64,000 nucleotides of DNA from Candidatus Cloacimonadales bacterium (GTDB lineage Bacteria; Cloacimonadota; Cloacimonadia; Cloacimonadales; JAFGVF01), in the NCBI GenBank assembly GCA_963663475.2, contig CAXXJV010000001.1, positions 1,120,001 through 1,184,000 on the forward strand. Direction: 5' to 3'. Shown here piece after piece: positions 43,656-53,193 of the stretch. Both the position numbers and the translations under genes were made by a program. The notes under the pieces were generated by a model. That model was given only the letters and a program-made list of their open reading frames with translations. It ran no database searches and was not told the origin of the DNA. How positions within the stretch are numbered: position 1 is the stretch's first letter; each line of letters opens with the position of its first letter.

Positions 43656-44399
43656 ATGAATAAGAAAATTTCAGTACTCTTACTAATAATTTTGTTAGGA
43701 AGTTTTGTATTTACTACTGCTCTTTTTGCACAAGAGGCTGCACAAGATGGTGGTAGTGCTATTGAAACTATTGCAAGTACTCTTTTTGGAAAAAGCTTAG
43801 TTAAACAGTTTAAAGATGGTGGATGGGCAATGTGGCCTCTCTTAGCTTTATTTATCTGGGGACTTGGTATCGGTATTTGGAAACTCTTAGTTTTAGTAAG
43901 AGGAAGAATAAATGTTGAAAAATTCTTAGATGAAATTGTTCCTAAAATAAAAGATGGTAACTTCAAAGCTGCTATTGATTATGTTAATGATCAAAAAGGT
44001 TCAGTTGCAAATATAGTTAGAGCTGGTTTATTAAAAAATGATTCTGGTATCGAAGCTATGGAAAAAGCTATGGAAAACGCAGCTGTTGTTGAAATGTCTT
44101 TCTTAGATAGAGGTTTTAACGAATTATCAACTACAATTACCTTGGCTCCTATGATGGGTTTCTTAGGAACTCTTCTTGGTATGATTACAGCTTTTGATGA
44201 TATTCAAAACACTGAAGTTGTTGATGCTGGTGTTGTTGCTGGAGGTATCAAGATAGCTCTTATTACTTCTGCTGCAGGTTTAATCATTGCGATCCCTATT
44301 CAATTTGCTAACAATATTTTCATGACTATGGTTGATAGCATTGTTGTTGATATGCAGAAAGCAACTGAAAAGGTAATTGATACTTTGACTGAAAAGTAG
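43656..44399 (+). CDS. exbB: MotA/TolQ/ExbB proton channel
   Basis: GGWAMWPL, APMMGFLGT, GIKIALITSAAGL. Confidence 0.93.
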   Translation: MNKKISVLLLIILLGSFVFTTALFAQEAAQDGGSAIETIASTLFGKSLVKQFKDGGWAMWPLLALFIWGLGIGIWKLLVLVRGRINVEKFLDEIVPKIKDGNFKAAIDYVNDQKGSVANIVRAGLLKNDSGIEAMEKAMENAAVVEMSFLDRGFNELSTTITLAPMMGFLGTLLGMITAFDDIQNTEVVDAGVVAGGIKIALITSAAGLIIAIPIQFANNIFMTMVDSIVVDMQKATEKVIDTLTEK

Positions 44400-44410
44400 G
44401 GTGGGGAATC

Positions 44411-44890
44411 ATGAAATTTCCTGCTAAAAAGAAAAAAAGTGCTGAAATACCAACAGCTTCAATGTCTGACATTGCATTCTTATTGATAGTTTTCTTTATG
44501 GCAGTTGGAAAATTTGATAATAAACAGGGTATTCCTTATCAAATTGCTGCTCCTGCTGCTGAAGAACAAACTCAAGAGCAAGATGTAATTTTAGACAGAC
44601 AGAATCTTATTGAAATTGAGATTTGGAATGAGGCTGGTACTAGCAATGTCTTATGTGAATATTTTGTTTACGATGAGAATGATGTTAAACAAGATGGTGT
44701 AAGATTTAGAGTAGCAGAACTTGGAAAGCAGATGATCAAAGATAAAGTTGAGAAGAATCCTGATAGTGTTATTAAACTCAAGATTGATAGAAATGTTGAG
44801 TACCGTGGATTTATTTCTGTATTCGATGAATTAAGAGCTAATAATATGGCGAAAAAAGTTAAATTTGAACGCCACTATTTAAACAAATAG
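44411..44890 (+). CDS. exbD: ExbD/TolR
   Basis: SMSDIAFLLIVFFM. Confidence 0.9.
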   Translation: MKFPAKKKKSAEIPTASMSDIAFLLIVFFMAVGKFDNKQGIPYQIAAPAAEEQTQEQDVILDRQNLIEIEIWNEAGTSNVLCEYFVYDENDVKQDGVRFRVAELGKQMIKDKVEKNPDSVIKLKIDRNVEYRGFISVFDELRANNMAKKVKFERHYLNK

Positions 44891-44899
44891 GAGAGTAAT

Positions 44900-45352
44900 A
44901 TGAATATGATTAGAAAAAAGGTCAAGGCAGAAGCTAACACTTCTTCTTCATCTGATATTGCTTTCTTACTCCTGCTCTTCTTTGTTGTAACAACTCAGAT
45001 TATCTATATTCCTGTTCAAACTAAATATCCAAATGCTCGAGAAATAGAAAGACAGATGCAAAGTAATATTCTTACTGTTTATGTTGCTAATGATGGCACA
45101 TCTCCAAATTTTGATTATTATTTAGATGACGTCTATGTTAATGAGCTAGTTGATAATAAGAGTAACGAAGAAATTAGTCGTAGCTTAGGCAAGCAAATCA
45201 GATCAAGAATCGATCAAGATCCTGATCGTAACTGGATTGTTAGTCTTAGAATAGATGCTGATGTAGATTTTGATACTATTAATACCTTAATAACAGATCT
45301 TCAAAACAATAAAGTAGAATCTATTGTTTTTGAAGCAAGAAAGAGGGGCTAA
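44900..45352 (+). CDS. exbD: ExbD/TolR, second copy
   Basis: SSSDIAFLLLLFFVVT. Confidence 0.9.
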   Translation: MNMIRKKVKAEANTSSSSDIAFLLLLFFVVTTQIIYIPVQTKYPNAREIERQMQSNILTVYVANDGTSPNFDYYLDDVYVNELVDNKSNEEISRSLGKQIRSRIDQDPDRNWIVSLRIDADVDFDTINTLITDLQNNKVESIVFEARKRG

Positions 45353-45355
45353 TAT

Positions 45356-46042
45356 ATGGCGGGTAAATATACTGATTGGAAAACTGAGGCAAATGGCTAC
45401 CTGGTTAAAGGTATGGCAATGTCTGTTGTTTTAGTTATGTTTCTTTTACTAGTTATGCCTCGTTTCGAATCTTCTGCTAAAGAGGAAGAGGTTAGTGATG
45501 AATCACAAGTATCAGAACATTTTGAATTTGAAGAAGTTGTTGAAGAGGAAGAAATTATAGAGGAAGAAGCTCCTGAAGAAGAAGAGGAGATTATTAATCC
45601 TGAAGAAAATATTCAGATGAACTTTGATGAATTAGGTCTTGAGGATATTGAAAGTGCTGTTGAGCGTAAAACAATCTCTACTACAGATGATTTAGAAAAA
45701 CTTAACATCTCATTCTCTTCTGTTGATGAAGCTAGTATTAATCAACCTTATGTTGTTCACCAAGAAATGCCTACTGTTATCAGAAGCGTTAAACCTATTT
45801 ATCCAGATATTGCTATTCAAAACAATGTTGAGGGTACTCTTATTGTGGAAGCTTGGGTAAAAGTAGATGGTACTGTTGGTAATGTAAGAGTTATTAAATC
45901 TCTTCAAAGCATTCCTGGTGGATTAGATGAAGCAGCAGTAAATGCTGTTTGGCAATGGACATTTGAACCTGCAAAATCTGGTGGTAGACCTGTAGCTTGT
46001 TGGGTGAAAATTCCTCTTAACTTAAAATTTGAAGATAATTAA
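45356..46042 (+). CDS. tonB: TonB with acidic linker
   Basis: N-terminal TM, Glu-rich linker, YPDIA...EG...LDEAAVNAVWQWTFEPA. Confidence 0.92.
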   Translation: MAGKYTDWKTEANGYLVKGMAMSVVLVMFLLLVMPRFESSAKEEEVSDESQVSEHFEFEEVVEEEEIIEEEAPEEEEEIINPEENIQMNFDELGLEDIESAVERKTISTTDDLEKLNISFSSVDEASINQPYVVHQEMPTVIRSVKPIYPDIAIQNNVEGTLIVEAWVKVDGTVGNVRVIKSLQSIPGGLDEAAVNAVWQWTFEPAKSGGRPVACWVKIPLNLKFEDN

Positions 46043-46057
46043 ACTGGAGGATTATAA

Positions 46058-49000
46058 ATGAAATTGATTTTCCGTAAGCTGATTCCAGTATTAGCTATAA
46101 TGATTTGTAGCATTTCTTTGCTAAATGCTGCTGCGGTCGACCCGACTCCGACCAAACAATTTGACTTAACTAAATATCATGATGTTGGAAACATTTGGCT
46201 CCGTGTAAGTAATTACGGTTTCTTTGGTTCTGGTAGTGATATTACTCCTCAATACCCGTCTCTTGAGTATCCTGGTGGTAGTGGAATTGACTATCTCTAT
46301 CAAGGTGCTTTATGGTTCGGTGCGAAAAAAATTAGAAGAAACGCAACTGGTGAAAAACTTTATTGGACATCAAGTGATCCTTATGGTGAAGAAGATATGA
46401 GTGTTATTGCTGAATCTGACTTACCTGATGATTATAATGGATTAGGTGTTGTGCTTGATACATTAGTATCTGTGGGTTTCGACGGTGACTTAGGTTTAAA
46501 TGAGTTTTTGCCTGCCTATAATCCTACAGAAAATGCAAACCCATCAGTATCAGACTTTTTTGGTACTTTCAATTCATCTGATAAAATCATGACTGCTTCT
46601 ACTAGAAGCCAAAGACGTGGAGACGATGATGATGGTGATGGAAAAATCGACGAAGATGGACCTGGTTTTACCTTCCCGATGAGAGATATGCATGAGTTAC
46701 CTGAAGCTTTCCAAGATTTAGGTTCTATTTATCTTCATGAGCAAGATTTTGATCAAACAAGAGCTATTGAAGAGAGACAAGACATCTGGTTCCCTCTTGG
46801 TTTTATGGATCTTTCTGCTAGTGATGAGAGTGAATATTTTAACTTTGCTACTCCTTATGATGATGATGGTGATGGTAGAGTTGATGAAGATTCTGCACCT
46901 GTATCTGAACAAGATTTTATTTCATATTATTATGATTATTCTCCATTTGGATATGAAGGCCAAAGAGACTGGGGAAGAGATAAATCAAGATCTGATCATT
47001 ACCCATTGAACATTCGTGTTAGACAAATGAGTTATCAATGGTCTTATGAATATATTAAAAATCTTGTTTATATTGAATTTAATATTACAAATATGAATGA
47101 CCAAGACACTCTTTATGATTGTGCTATGGGTGTCTATATGGACTCTGACGTTGGACCTCAAAGTTGGGATTCTGATAAAGCTTCTGATGACCTTTCTGGT
47201 TATCAAAAAGGTGATGATTATGAATTTGCATACACTCGTGATAATGACGGTGATGGTGGTTTAACTACTGGACTTGTTGGTTCACGTGTTTGTTCTCCAA
47301 TTCCTAACCCAGACTCATTAAACTATTCTTGTTGGTTCTGGGAAGTTGGTGATGGTCCTGATGATTCCAATATCAGATCTTCAACCCTTACAGGAAAAAC
47401 TAATAATGAAAAATATTGGTTATTGATTGGTGGAAAAGCTAGAACACTTGAGTCTGGTGAAGTTATCCATATCAATCCTGATGATCAAAAATTTGAATCT
47501 TTGAGAAAAGAAGATAGTGAAGGTTTTGGTGACCATTTTATCCAACCTATTGCTGCTGATACTAGATATCTCTTTGCTTTTAGTGGTGCCCAACCAGGTA
47601 CTCCTGATTATAATGAAGTAGATGCTGAAGGTAACTATTTCAAAAGATGGAACCTTGCTCCACGTAAAACTATGAAAATTGTTATTGCTGTTTTCCCAGG
47701 AGATAACTTGGAAGATCTTAAAGCTACTTCAATTTGGGCTAAGACAATCTATGGTGATGCTCAATCATTAACTAATGTTGTTCTTCCTGATACCGCTTTA
47801 CACTATACTCCACCTGAACCTCCTGAAATTCCTAACTTATTTGCTGAAATTTCTGAAGATGGTAACTATATAGATTACTATTGGGATAATAGATCTATTT
47901 TCTCATATGATAGAGATAATGTTAGTGGAACTGTTGTTGGTTGGCAAGATGGTAATGCTAATTTTGATTCATATTATCAAAATTGGGACCAATGGAGTGA
48001 CATTTACGCTGGTAATACTGAAGTACCTGCACCAGCTGATACACTATCAAGTGAAGAAACAAGAACTATTGCTCCTCCAACTGCATTTAGATTAAGACAT
48101 GACTTCCAAGGATACCGTACCTGGATTAGATCAGGTTCTGGATCACAAGAAGATTGGTCATTAGTTCAAATGTGGGGTAAATATGAAAGTCAACAAGACT
48201 TAGAAGACTATAATGTAAATCTTGGTGTTGTTAATAGTGCTGGCGATGCGATTTTTGAAGATTTTGGTGGTTATACTGATATCGATACAGGCTTACCAAA
48301 TGAAAGAATTGCTGGTTCTGAAAATAATAGATACGAAGATGACCAATATTATAAATATAATGAATACTATGTGATGCGTCCTATTGAGCTTGGTGAAACC
48401 ATTAATGGTTGGCCTCTCTATAGATATGATGTTGATTATAGTCAAGAACTTCAAGATCAAGCAGATCAGATTGCTAATGATATGTTCGGTATAGTAGTTA
48501 ACCAAGCTGCTGGTACAATTCTCTCAGATGAAGTTAAAGCTGAAATTGCTGTACAACTTTTCAAAAGAGATGATGTTAGAGAAGATATTTTCAGAGAATT
48601 ATACGATGAAAAATTAATTCCTCTCTATAGTTTCGGTGGTCAATCATCAATCGGTGATACTGAAAAACTTGAAGAACTTAGAAAAGAACGTTTATCTAGA
48701 AGATATTTCAGAGCATCTGCTAGTGTGCCTCGTAAAGGTGTAGAAACCTATGTTGCTGTCACTGCTTTTGATAGAGGTATGCCAGCTAAGTCTCTAGATT
48801 TCTTAGAAACTGGTAGAGATGCTGATGCTAATATGAAAGTATTCTTCCCTGCTCCAAGTAGTAGAGATAATGACGGTTCTAACGTATATGTAGTTCCTAA
48901 TCCATATATTGGTGGATCTTCATTTGACGGTAGAAGAGAAAATGATGATAAGGGTGATAAATCTAAGAGAATTTGGTTCGTTAATTTACCTGCCAGATCT

Positions 49001-49243
49001 CATGTTAAAATCTTCACTCTTGCTGGTGACTTAGTCGATGAATTTAGACATGAAGGTGCCTATGAAGAAGATATCATTACTGTAAGTAAAGCTGCTAGTC
49101 TTGGTATTACTTCTGAAAGCATCCACTCTTGGGACCTTCTTTCAAAAAATAACCAAATTATTGCTCCTGGTGTTTATTTATTCTCAGTTAAGAATCTAAG
49201 AAATGGTGACATCAATGTTGGCAAATTTGTCTTAATTAAATAA
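46058..49243 (+). CDS. Large acidic secreted protein with DDDGDG Ca-binding repeats and T9SS-like CTD
   Basis: Signal peptide; two DDDGDGxxDED motifs; VVPNPY...KIFTLAGDLV...PGVY...GKFVLIK. Confidence 0.85.
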   Translation: MKLIFRKLIPVLAIMICSISLLNAAAVDPTPTKQFDLTKYHDVGNIWLRVSNYGFFGSGSDITPQYPSLEYPGGSGIDYLYQGALWFGAKKIRRNATGEKLYWTSSDPYGEEDMSVIAESDLPDDYNGLGVVLDTLVSVGFDGDLGLNEFLPAYNPTENANPSVSDFFGTFNSSDKIMTASTRSQRRGDDDDGDGKIDEDGPGFTFPMRDMHELPEAFQDLGSIYLHEQDFDQTRAIEERQDIWFPLGFMDLSASDESEYFNFATPYDDDGDGRVDEDSAPVSEQDFISYYYDYSPFGYEGQRDWGRDKSRSDHYPLNIRVRQMSYQWSYEYIKNLVYIEFNITNMNDQDTLYDCAMGVYMDSDVGPQSWDSDKASDDLSGYQKGDDYEFAYTRDNDGDGGLTTGLVGSRVCSPIPNPDSLNYSCWFWEVGDGPDDSNIRSSTLTGKTNNEKYWLLIGGKARTLESGEVIHINPDDQKFESLRKEDSEGFGDHFIQPIAADTRYLFAFSGAQPGTPDYNEVDAEGNYFKRWNLAPRKTMKIVIAVFPGDNLEDLKATSIWAKTIYGDAQSLTNVVLPDTALHYTPPEPPEIPNLFAEISEDGNYIDYYWDNRSIFSYDRDNVSGTVVGWQDGNANFDSYYQNWDQWSDIYAGNTEVPAPADTLSSEETRTIAPPTAFRLRHDFQGYRTWIRSGSGSQEDWSLVQMWGKYESQQDLEDYNVNLGVVNSAGDAIFEDFGGYTDIDTGLPNERIAGSENNRYEDDQYYKYNEYYVMRPIELGETINGWPLYRYDVDYSQELQDQADQIANDMFGIVVNQAAGTILSDEVKAEIAVQLFKRDDVREDIFRELYDEKLIPLYSFGGQSSIGDTEKLEELRKERLSRRYFRASASVPRKGVETYVAVTAFDRGMPAKSLDFLETGRDADANMKVFFPAPSSRDNDGSNVYVVPNPYIGGSSFDGRRENDDKGDKSKRIWFVNLPARSHVKIFTLAGDLVDEFRHEGAYEEDIITVSKAASLGITSESIHSWDLLSKNNQIIAPGVYLFSVKNLRNGDINVGKFVLIK

Positions 49244-49257
49244 GGGAGATTGAACTA

Positions 49258-50280
49258 ATGAAAAAGATAATTATAATAAGCCTAATTGTTCTCCTTCCTA
49301 TACTTATGTTTGCTGAAATCTTCGGTAAAACTGCTACTTCTGCTTTGCAATTTCTTAAATTTGGTGTTGATGCCAGAGCTGTAGGAATGGGTGAAGCTTA
49401 TGTGGCAGTTTCAGATGATATATCTTCAGTTTACTGGAATCCAGCTGGTTTAGCGACAAAACTAAACCATCAAGCTTTCTTCTCTCATACAAAATGGGTA
49501 GCTGACGTAGATCATGAATTTGCTGCTGTTTCTTATACAGACGGTATTCAAGCTCTTGGTTTAAGTGCTTCAGTTCTTCATATGGATGATATGGACGAAG
49601 TTACTGAAGAAGCTTTTGGACCTACTGGAAGAACTTTTACTGCTAGTGATATTGCTATTGGCTTAACATATTCCAATGCTTTCACTGATAAATTTTCTTT
49701 TGGTATTACTGGTAAGTATCTTAGAGAAAATCTCTATGAATTCAGTATCGATAGCTATGCTTTTGATATAGGTTCATTATATAATACTCAATGGCAAAAT
49801 TTAACTATTGGTATGGCCTTAAGAAATTTTGGTCCTGATGTGATTTATGAAATTGATAATGATGGTGATGATTTAACAGACGAAGATCCATTCGATTTGT
49901 TAGACAACGATGGTGATGGTCTAATCGACGAAGATGGGGAAGAGTTAGGTTTTAAAATACCAATGTCTTTCTCTCTCGGTTTAGCTTTAGACCTTATGAG
50001 ACAAGAGGAACAATCTTGGATATTCTCAGCTCAGTTGGATAATGTCGTAGATAGAGAAGAAACTTGGAATTTAGGTTCTGAATACACTTATAGAAACTTT
50101 GCTCTTAGAGCTGGACATCAAATAGGTTATGATGCTGCTGCATTCTCCTTTGGTGCTGGCTTTAAAATCCCAACCAGATTAGCTGTTTTCTCTCTTGATT
50201 ACGCTTATACTGAGATGGGAGATTTGAAAGAAGATTTTATGAATAGTGTTCACCGTTTCTCAGTTAAAATGGATTTTTAA
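49258..50280 (+). CDS. porV: PorV/PorQ-family outer-membrane barrel with DNDGD insertion
   Basis: QFLKFGVDARAVGMGEA, YWNPAGL, FDIG, RNFG, LDYAY; terminal Phe. Confidence 0.85.
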   Translation: MKKIIIISLIVLLPILMFAEIFGKTATSALQFLKFGVDARAVGMGEAYVAVSDDISSVYWNPAGLATKLNHQAFFSHTKWVADVDHEFAAVSYTDGIQALGLSASVLHMDDMDEVTEEAFGPTGRTFTASDIAIGLTYSNAFTDKFSFGITGKYLRENLYEFSIDSYAFDIGSLYNTQWQNLTIGMALRNFGPDVIYEIDNDGDDLTDEDPFDLLDNDGDGLIDEDGEELGFKIPMSFSLGLALDLMRQEEQSWIFSAQLDNVVDREETWNLGSEYTYRNFALRAGHQIGYDAAAFSFGAGFKIPTRLAVFSLDYAYTEMGDLKEDFMNSVHRFSVKMDF

Positions 50281-50396
50281 TCTAAATTTTATAAGGTCCG
50301 AGTGGCTTGCCACTCGGACAAAAAATTTGTAATTTGATGAAAAGTGACTATTTTATCATCAAGAATTTAAACCAAAAAAAAATGGGAGGAATGTAC

Positions 50397-52688
50397 ATGA
50401 AACGATTGTTTCTTGTTGTGGCTGTATTAGCCATTCTTATTACTGGCGTTTTTGCTAGTCAAAACGACCCTAGAAAAGCGATGACGATTGATCCTATGGG
50501 TAATCAATCTTACAGACCGGACAGTAGGTTTATGCCTACCTACAATTTTGCTATCGAACCTGTAACTATAGTTGATAACTTCTATGACTATTTCCCAGGT
50601 TCATACACTGGAAAACCAATGCAAAGAGTTCAAACTCCTACTTTAGATGGACATTGGTTAATTTTCCATACTAAAACTACTGCAAGTTCTAACCGTAGAG
50701 TCTACAAAACCTTTATCGACAATACTGGTAGTATTCAATCAAACACATCATTTGGTTCAGCAGATATCTGGGAAGGATATCCTGGTTTAGCAGTTACTGA
50801 AGGTGGAAGACCTTTATTCGCTTACCATGTTGACCTTGATGACGAAGCTACTGCTCTTGAAGTTGGATTTGGTTATGATGCTGTAATCGGTGGTGTTGCC
50901 CTTGGTATGCACTCATCTCTTTACCAAATCATCGATAATCCATTAGAAATTGAAGTTAATGGAGTTACTGTTTCCACTAACGAATTTATCTGGCCTTCAG
51001 TACAAGTTGGTCCTTCACCTGTTGCAGGTTCACAACGTGTATATATCATGGCTAAAAATGCTACTGACAATGGTACTGCTATTTCAGAAAACGTTGTTAT
51101 GTATTACAAAGATTTCACAGAAACTGAAATCGAACTTCAATCATTTGATGGTTCAGGTTGGTCATATACTACCATCCCTGAAATGGATGAATGGAACAAT
51201 TCTCAAGGTGAATGGAGAAGACCTTACATGTCATTCATCGTTCATGAAGACAAAGCCTATTACATTGGTTACCACATTGCTTACACTGAATCTGGTGAAG
51301 CTGGAGAACCAATTGATGAAGGTACTTTAACTGTATTCGCATGTGATAACTATGGTGAAGGTGAATGGACAAGACATTCAACTTATGCTAAAATCGATTG
51401 TGAAAATCCAAAACAAATTAATCCTGAAACTGGTGAAATTGTTGCTGGAACTGGTATCTTTGTTGATGATTCAAACGAACCATACGCAGACGAATTCATC
51501 GAAATGGGTATTGGCCAATCAGGTCACTTCAGTTCAAGTGTTGACCATGCAGGTAGAATTCATATTCCTGCTTTCTTCACAGTTCAAAGTACTGAAGGTG
51601 GCTACTGGCCAGATTTCCATACTGTGAAAAACCTTGCTTTTGATACAGCTACTTTAGAATGGACTTTCTCTGAAGTTTATCCACAAGTAGATAATGGTAC
51701 AAATATTCCTAACCCTGCTGCAGACTTCACTAACTATGATGGTGCAAATGGTGGATATAATGACGTAACAGTTTGGAAAAGCTGGGACAAAAACGCTGAT
51801 GGTCTTCATGATCAAGTTCTTGATGATGGTACTTGGGATGGTGAAGATGATGGTGTAACTGCTGCTGATGCTGAATATTGGGGAATCCCTATCAGAGATA
51901 ACATATGGCCTTACATGTATTGGGATTCAGCTGCTGCTGATAATGCTATGATGTTCCATCTTCATACTGCTCACGTTACTAATGCTAACGAACATGGTAT
52001 GATGGCTATGGTTTGGCAATCTGCTCAAAGATCTAAAGATTACAACGAATATCCTGATTCATATCCTGAATTAGCTGACTACCAAAATATGCCTGAATTA
52101 GTTATTTCTGTTTCAGCTGATAATGGTAATCACTGGTCAGAACCTATCTTCTTAAACGGTGTTGATACACCTGAAATGGCTGACGAAATTCCTGAATTCC
52201 CTTACTTAGGTTCAGAAGTTGATTTCATCGGTCTTGATGAAAATGATAATCCTATCGGTCGTGTTCATGTTATGTACTTAGATGATGATACTTATGGTTC
52301 ATCTGTACAAGCAATCGGACAAGCTACTGGTGGAACAATGAAATATATGGCTCTTGACATAGTATTTGTTGATGCTCCTGTTGATAATGAACAAAATGAT
52401 GTTGTTCCTAACATCGCTATGTTAAACCAAAACTACCCTAATCCTTTCAATCCTACTACTACAATTAATTATAATGTAGTAAAATCTGGTGATGTTAAAC
52501 TTAATGTTTATAACGTGAAAGGTCAATTAGTTAAAACTCTTGTTAACTCACCTCAAACTGTTGGTTTAAATTCAGTTGTTTGGAACGGTGATGATAATGC
52601 TGGAAATAAAGTTTCTTCAGGTGTTTACTTCTACAAAGTAGAAAATGCTGGAAGAACTGAAATGAAGAAAATGGTATTAATGAAATAG
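50397..52688 (+). CDS. Secreted protein with FlgD-Ig/T9SS-type CTD
   Basis: GGAGGA RBS then ATG 50397; signal peptide; QNYPNPFNPTTTI...SSGVYFYK...KKMVLMK. Confidence 0.9.
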   Translation: MKRLFLVVAVLAILITGVFASQNDPRKAMTIDPMGNQSYRPDSRFMPTYNFAIEPVTIVDNFYDYFPGSYTGKPMQRVQTPTLDGHWLIFHTKTTASSNRRVYKTFIDNTGSIQSNTSFGSADIWEGYPGLAVTEGGRPLFAYHVDLDDEATALEVGFGYDAVIGGVALGMHSSLYQIIDNPLEIEVNGVTVSTNEFIWPSVQVGPSPVAGSQRVYIMAKNATDNGTAISENVVMYYKDFTETEIELQSFDGSGWSYTTIPEMDEWNNSQGEWRRPYMSFIVHEDKAYYIGYHIAYTESGEAGEPIDEGTLTVFACDNYGEGEWTRHSTYAKIDCENPKQINPETGEIVAGTGIFVDDSNEPYADEFIEMGIGQSGHFSSSVDHAGRIHIPAFFTVQSTEGGYWPDFHTVKNLAFDTATLEWTFSEVYPQVDNGTNIPNPAADFTNYDGANGGYNDVTVWKSWDKNADGLHDQVLDDGTWDGEDDGVTAADAEYWGIPIRDNIWPYMYWDSAAADNAMMFHLHTAHVTNANEHGMMAMVWQSAQRSKDYNEYPDSYPELADYQNMPELVISVSADNGNHWSEPIFLNGVDTPEMADEIPEFPYLGSEVDFIGLDENDNPIGRVHVMYLDDDTYGSSVQAIGQATGGTMKYMALDIVFVDAPVDNEQNDVVPNIAMLNQNYPNPFNPTTTINYNVVKSGDVKLNVYNVKGQLVKTLVNSPQTVGLNSVVWNGDDNAGNKVSSGVYFYKVENAGRTEMKKMVLMK

Positions 52689-52725
52689 TATCATCCGAAA
52701 CTATAGCCTTTTATGGCTTAAATAC

Positions 52726-52753
52726 AAAACCTCGCTTCGGCGAGGTTTTTTTT
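52726..52753 (+). terminator. Intrinsic terminator
   Basis: AAAACCTCGC-ttcg-GCGAGGTTTT followed by a T run. Confidence 0.9.
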
Positions 52754-52763
52754 GAACCTCTAA

Positions 52764-52832
52764 ACCCTAAGAATGCAGTAAATCTTTGAGAATATAGTTC
52801 TATTCTCAAAGATCTATTGCATTATTTGGGAT
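52764..52832. repeat. MITE family A, short hairpin form
   Basis: AATGCAGTAAATCTTTGAGAATA / TATTCTCAAAGATCTATTGCATT. Confidence 0.75.
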
Positions 52833-52856
52833 AATACATTATTTATCCTTTTATTA

Positions 52857-53032
52857 AAACCCTTACAGGGTAATATCTTTGAGCTAGCCATCATTACCCA
52901 GAGTTGCGATACTTTCAGCATCTTACTCTGGGCTAAATTATTTTATCCCTTTCAGGGATATTTGCTGAATCAATATAGTAATGAAATATTCTCATTTTCC
53001 TATATTGATCCCACCAGACTTGAACTTGAGCC
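52857..53032. repeat. REP-like unit plus family C terminal repeat
   Basis: CCCTTACAGGG...ACCCAGAG...CTCTGGGCTAA...ATCCCTTTCAGGGAT, like 20590-20689; CCACCAGACTTGAACTTGAGCC at 53011-53032. Confidence 0.7.
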
Positions 53033-53193
53033 TTAGATATTGACTCATTAGATACTTATTAGTTAAGATATTAAGGCTACATCGAAATTACTTAATCTTT
53101 TAGCTTATTCTAAGAAATAAGGACTTAGAATTTTACTGTTGACTTATATTCAGTTAAAAAATTTAGTGAAAAAAAAGTAGAAAAGTAGGAAAA

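Noticed and set aside
50296-50319. Hairpin GTCCGAGTGGC-tt-GCCACTCGGAC as a + strand terminator or tRNA fragment, and the TTG start at 50307
   Set aside because: It is followed by an A run rather than a U run and has no cloverleaf, so it is more likely an mRNA-stabilising or processing stem; the better start is ATG 50397
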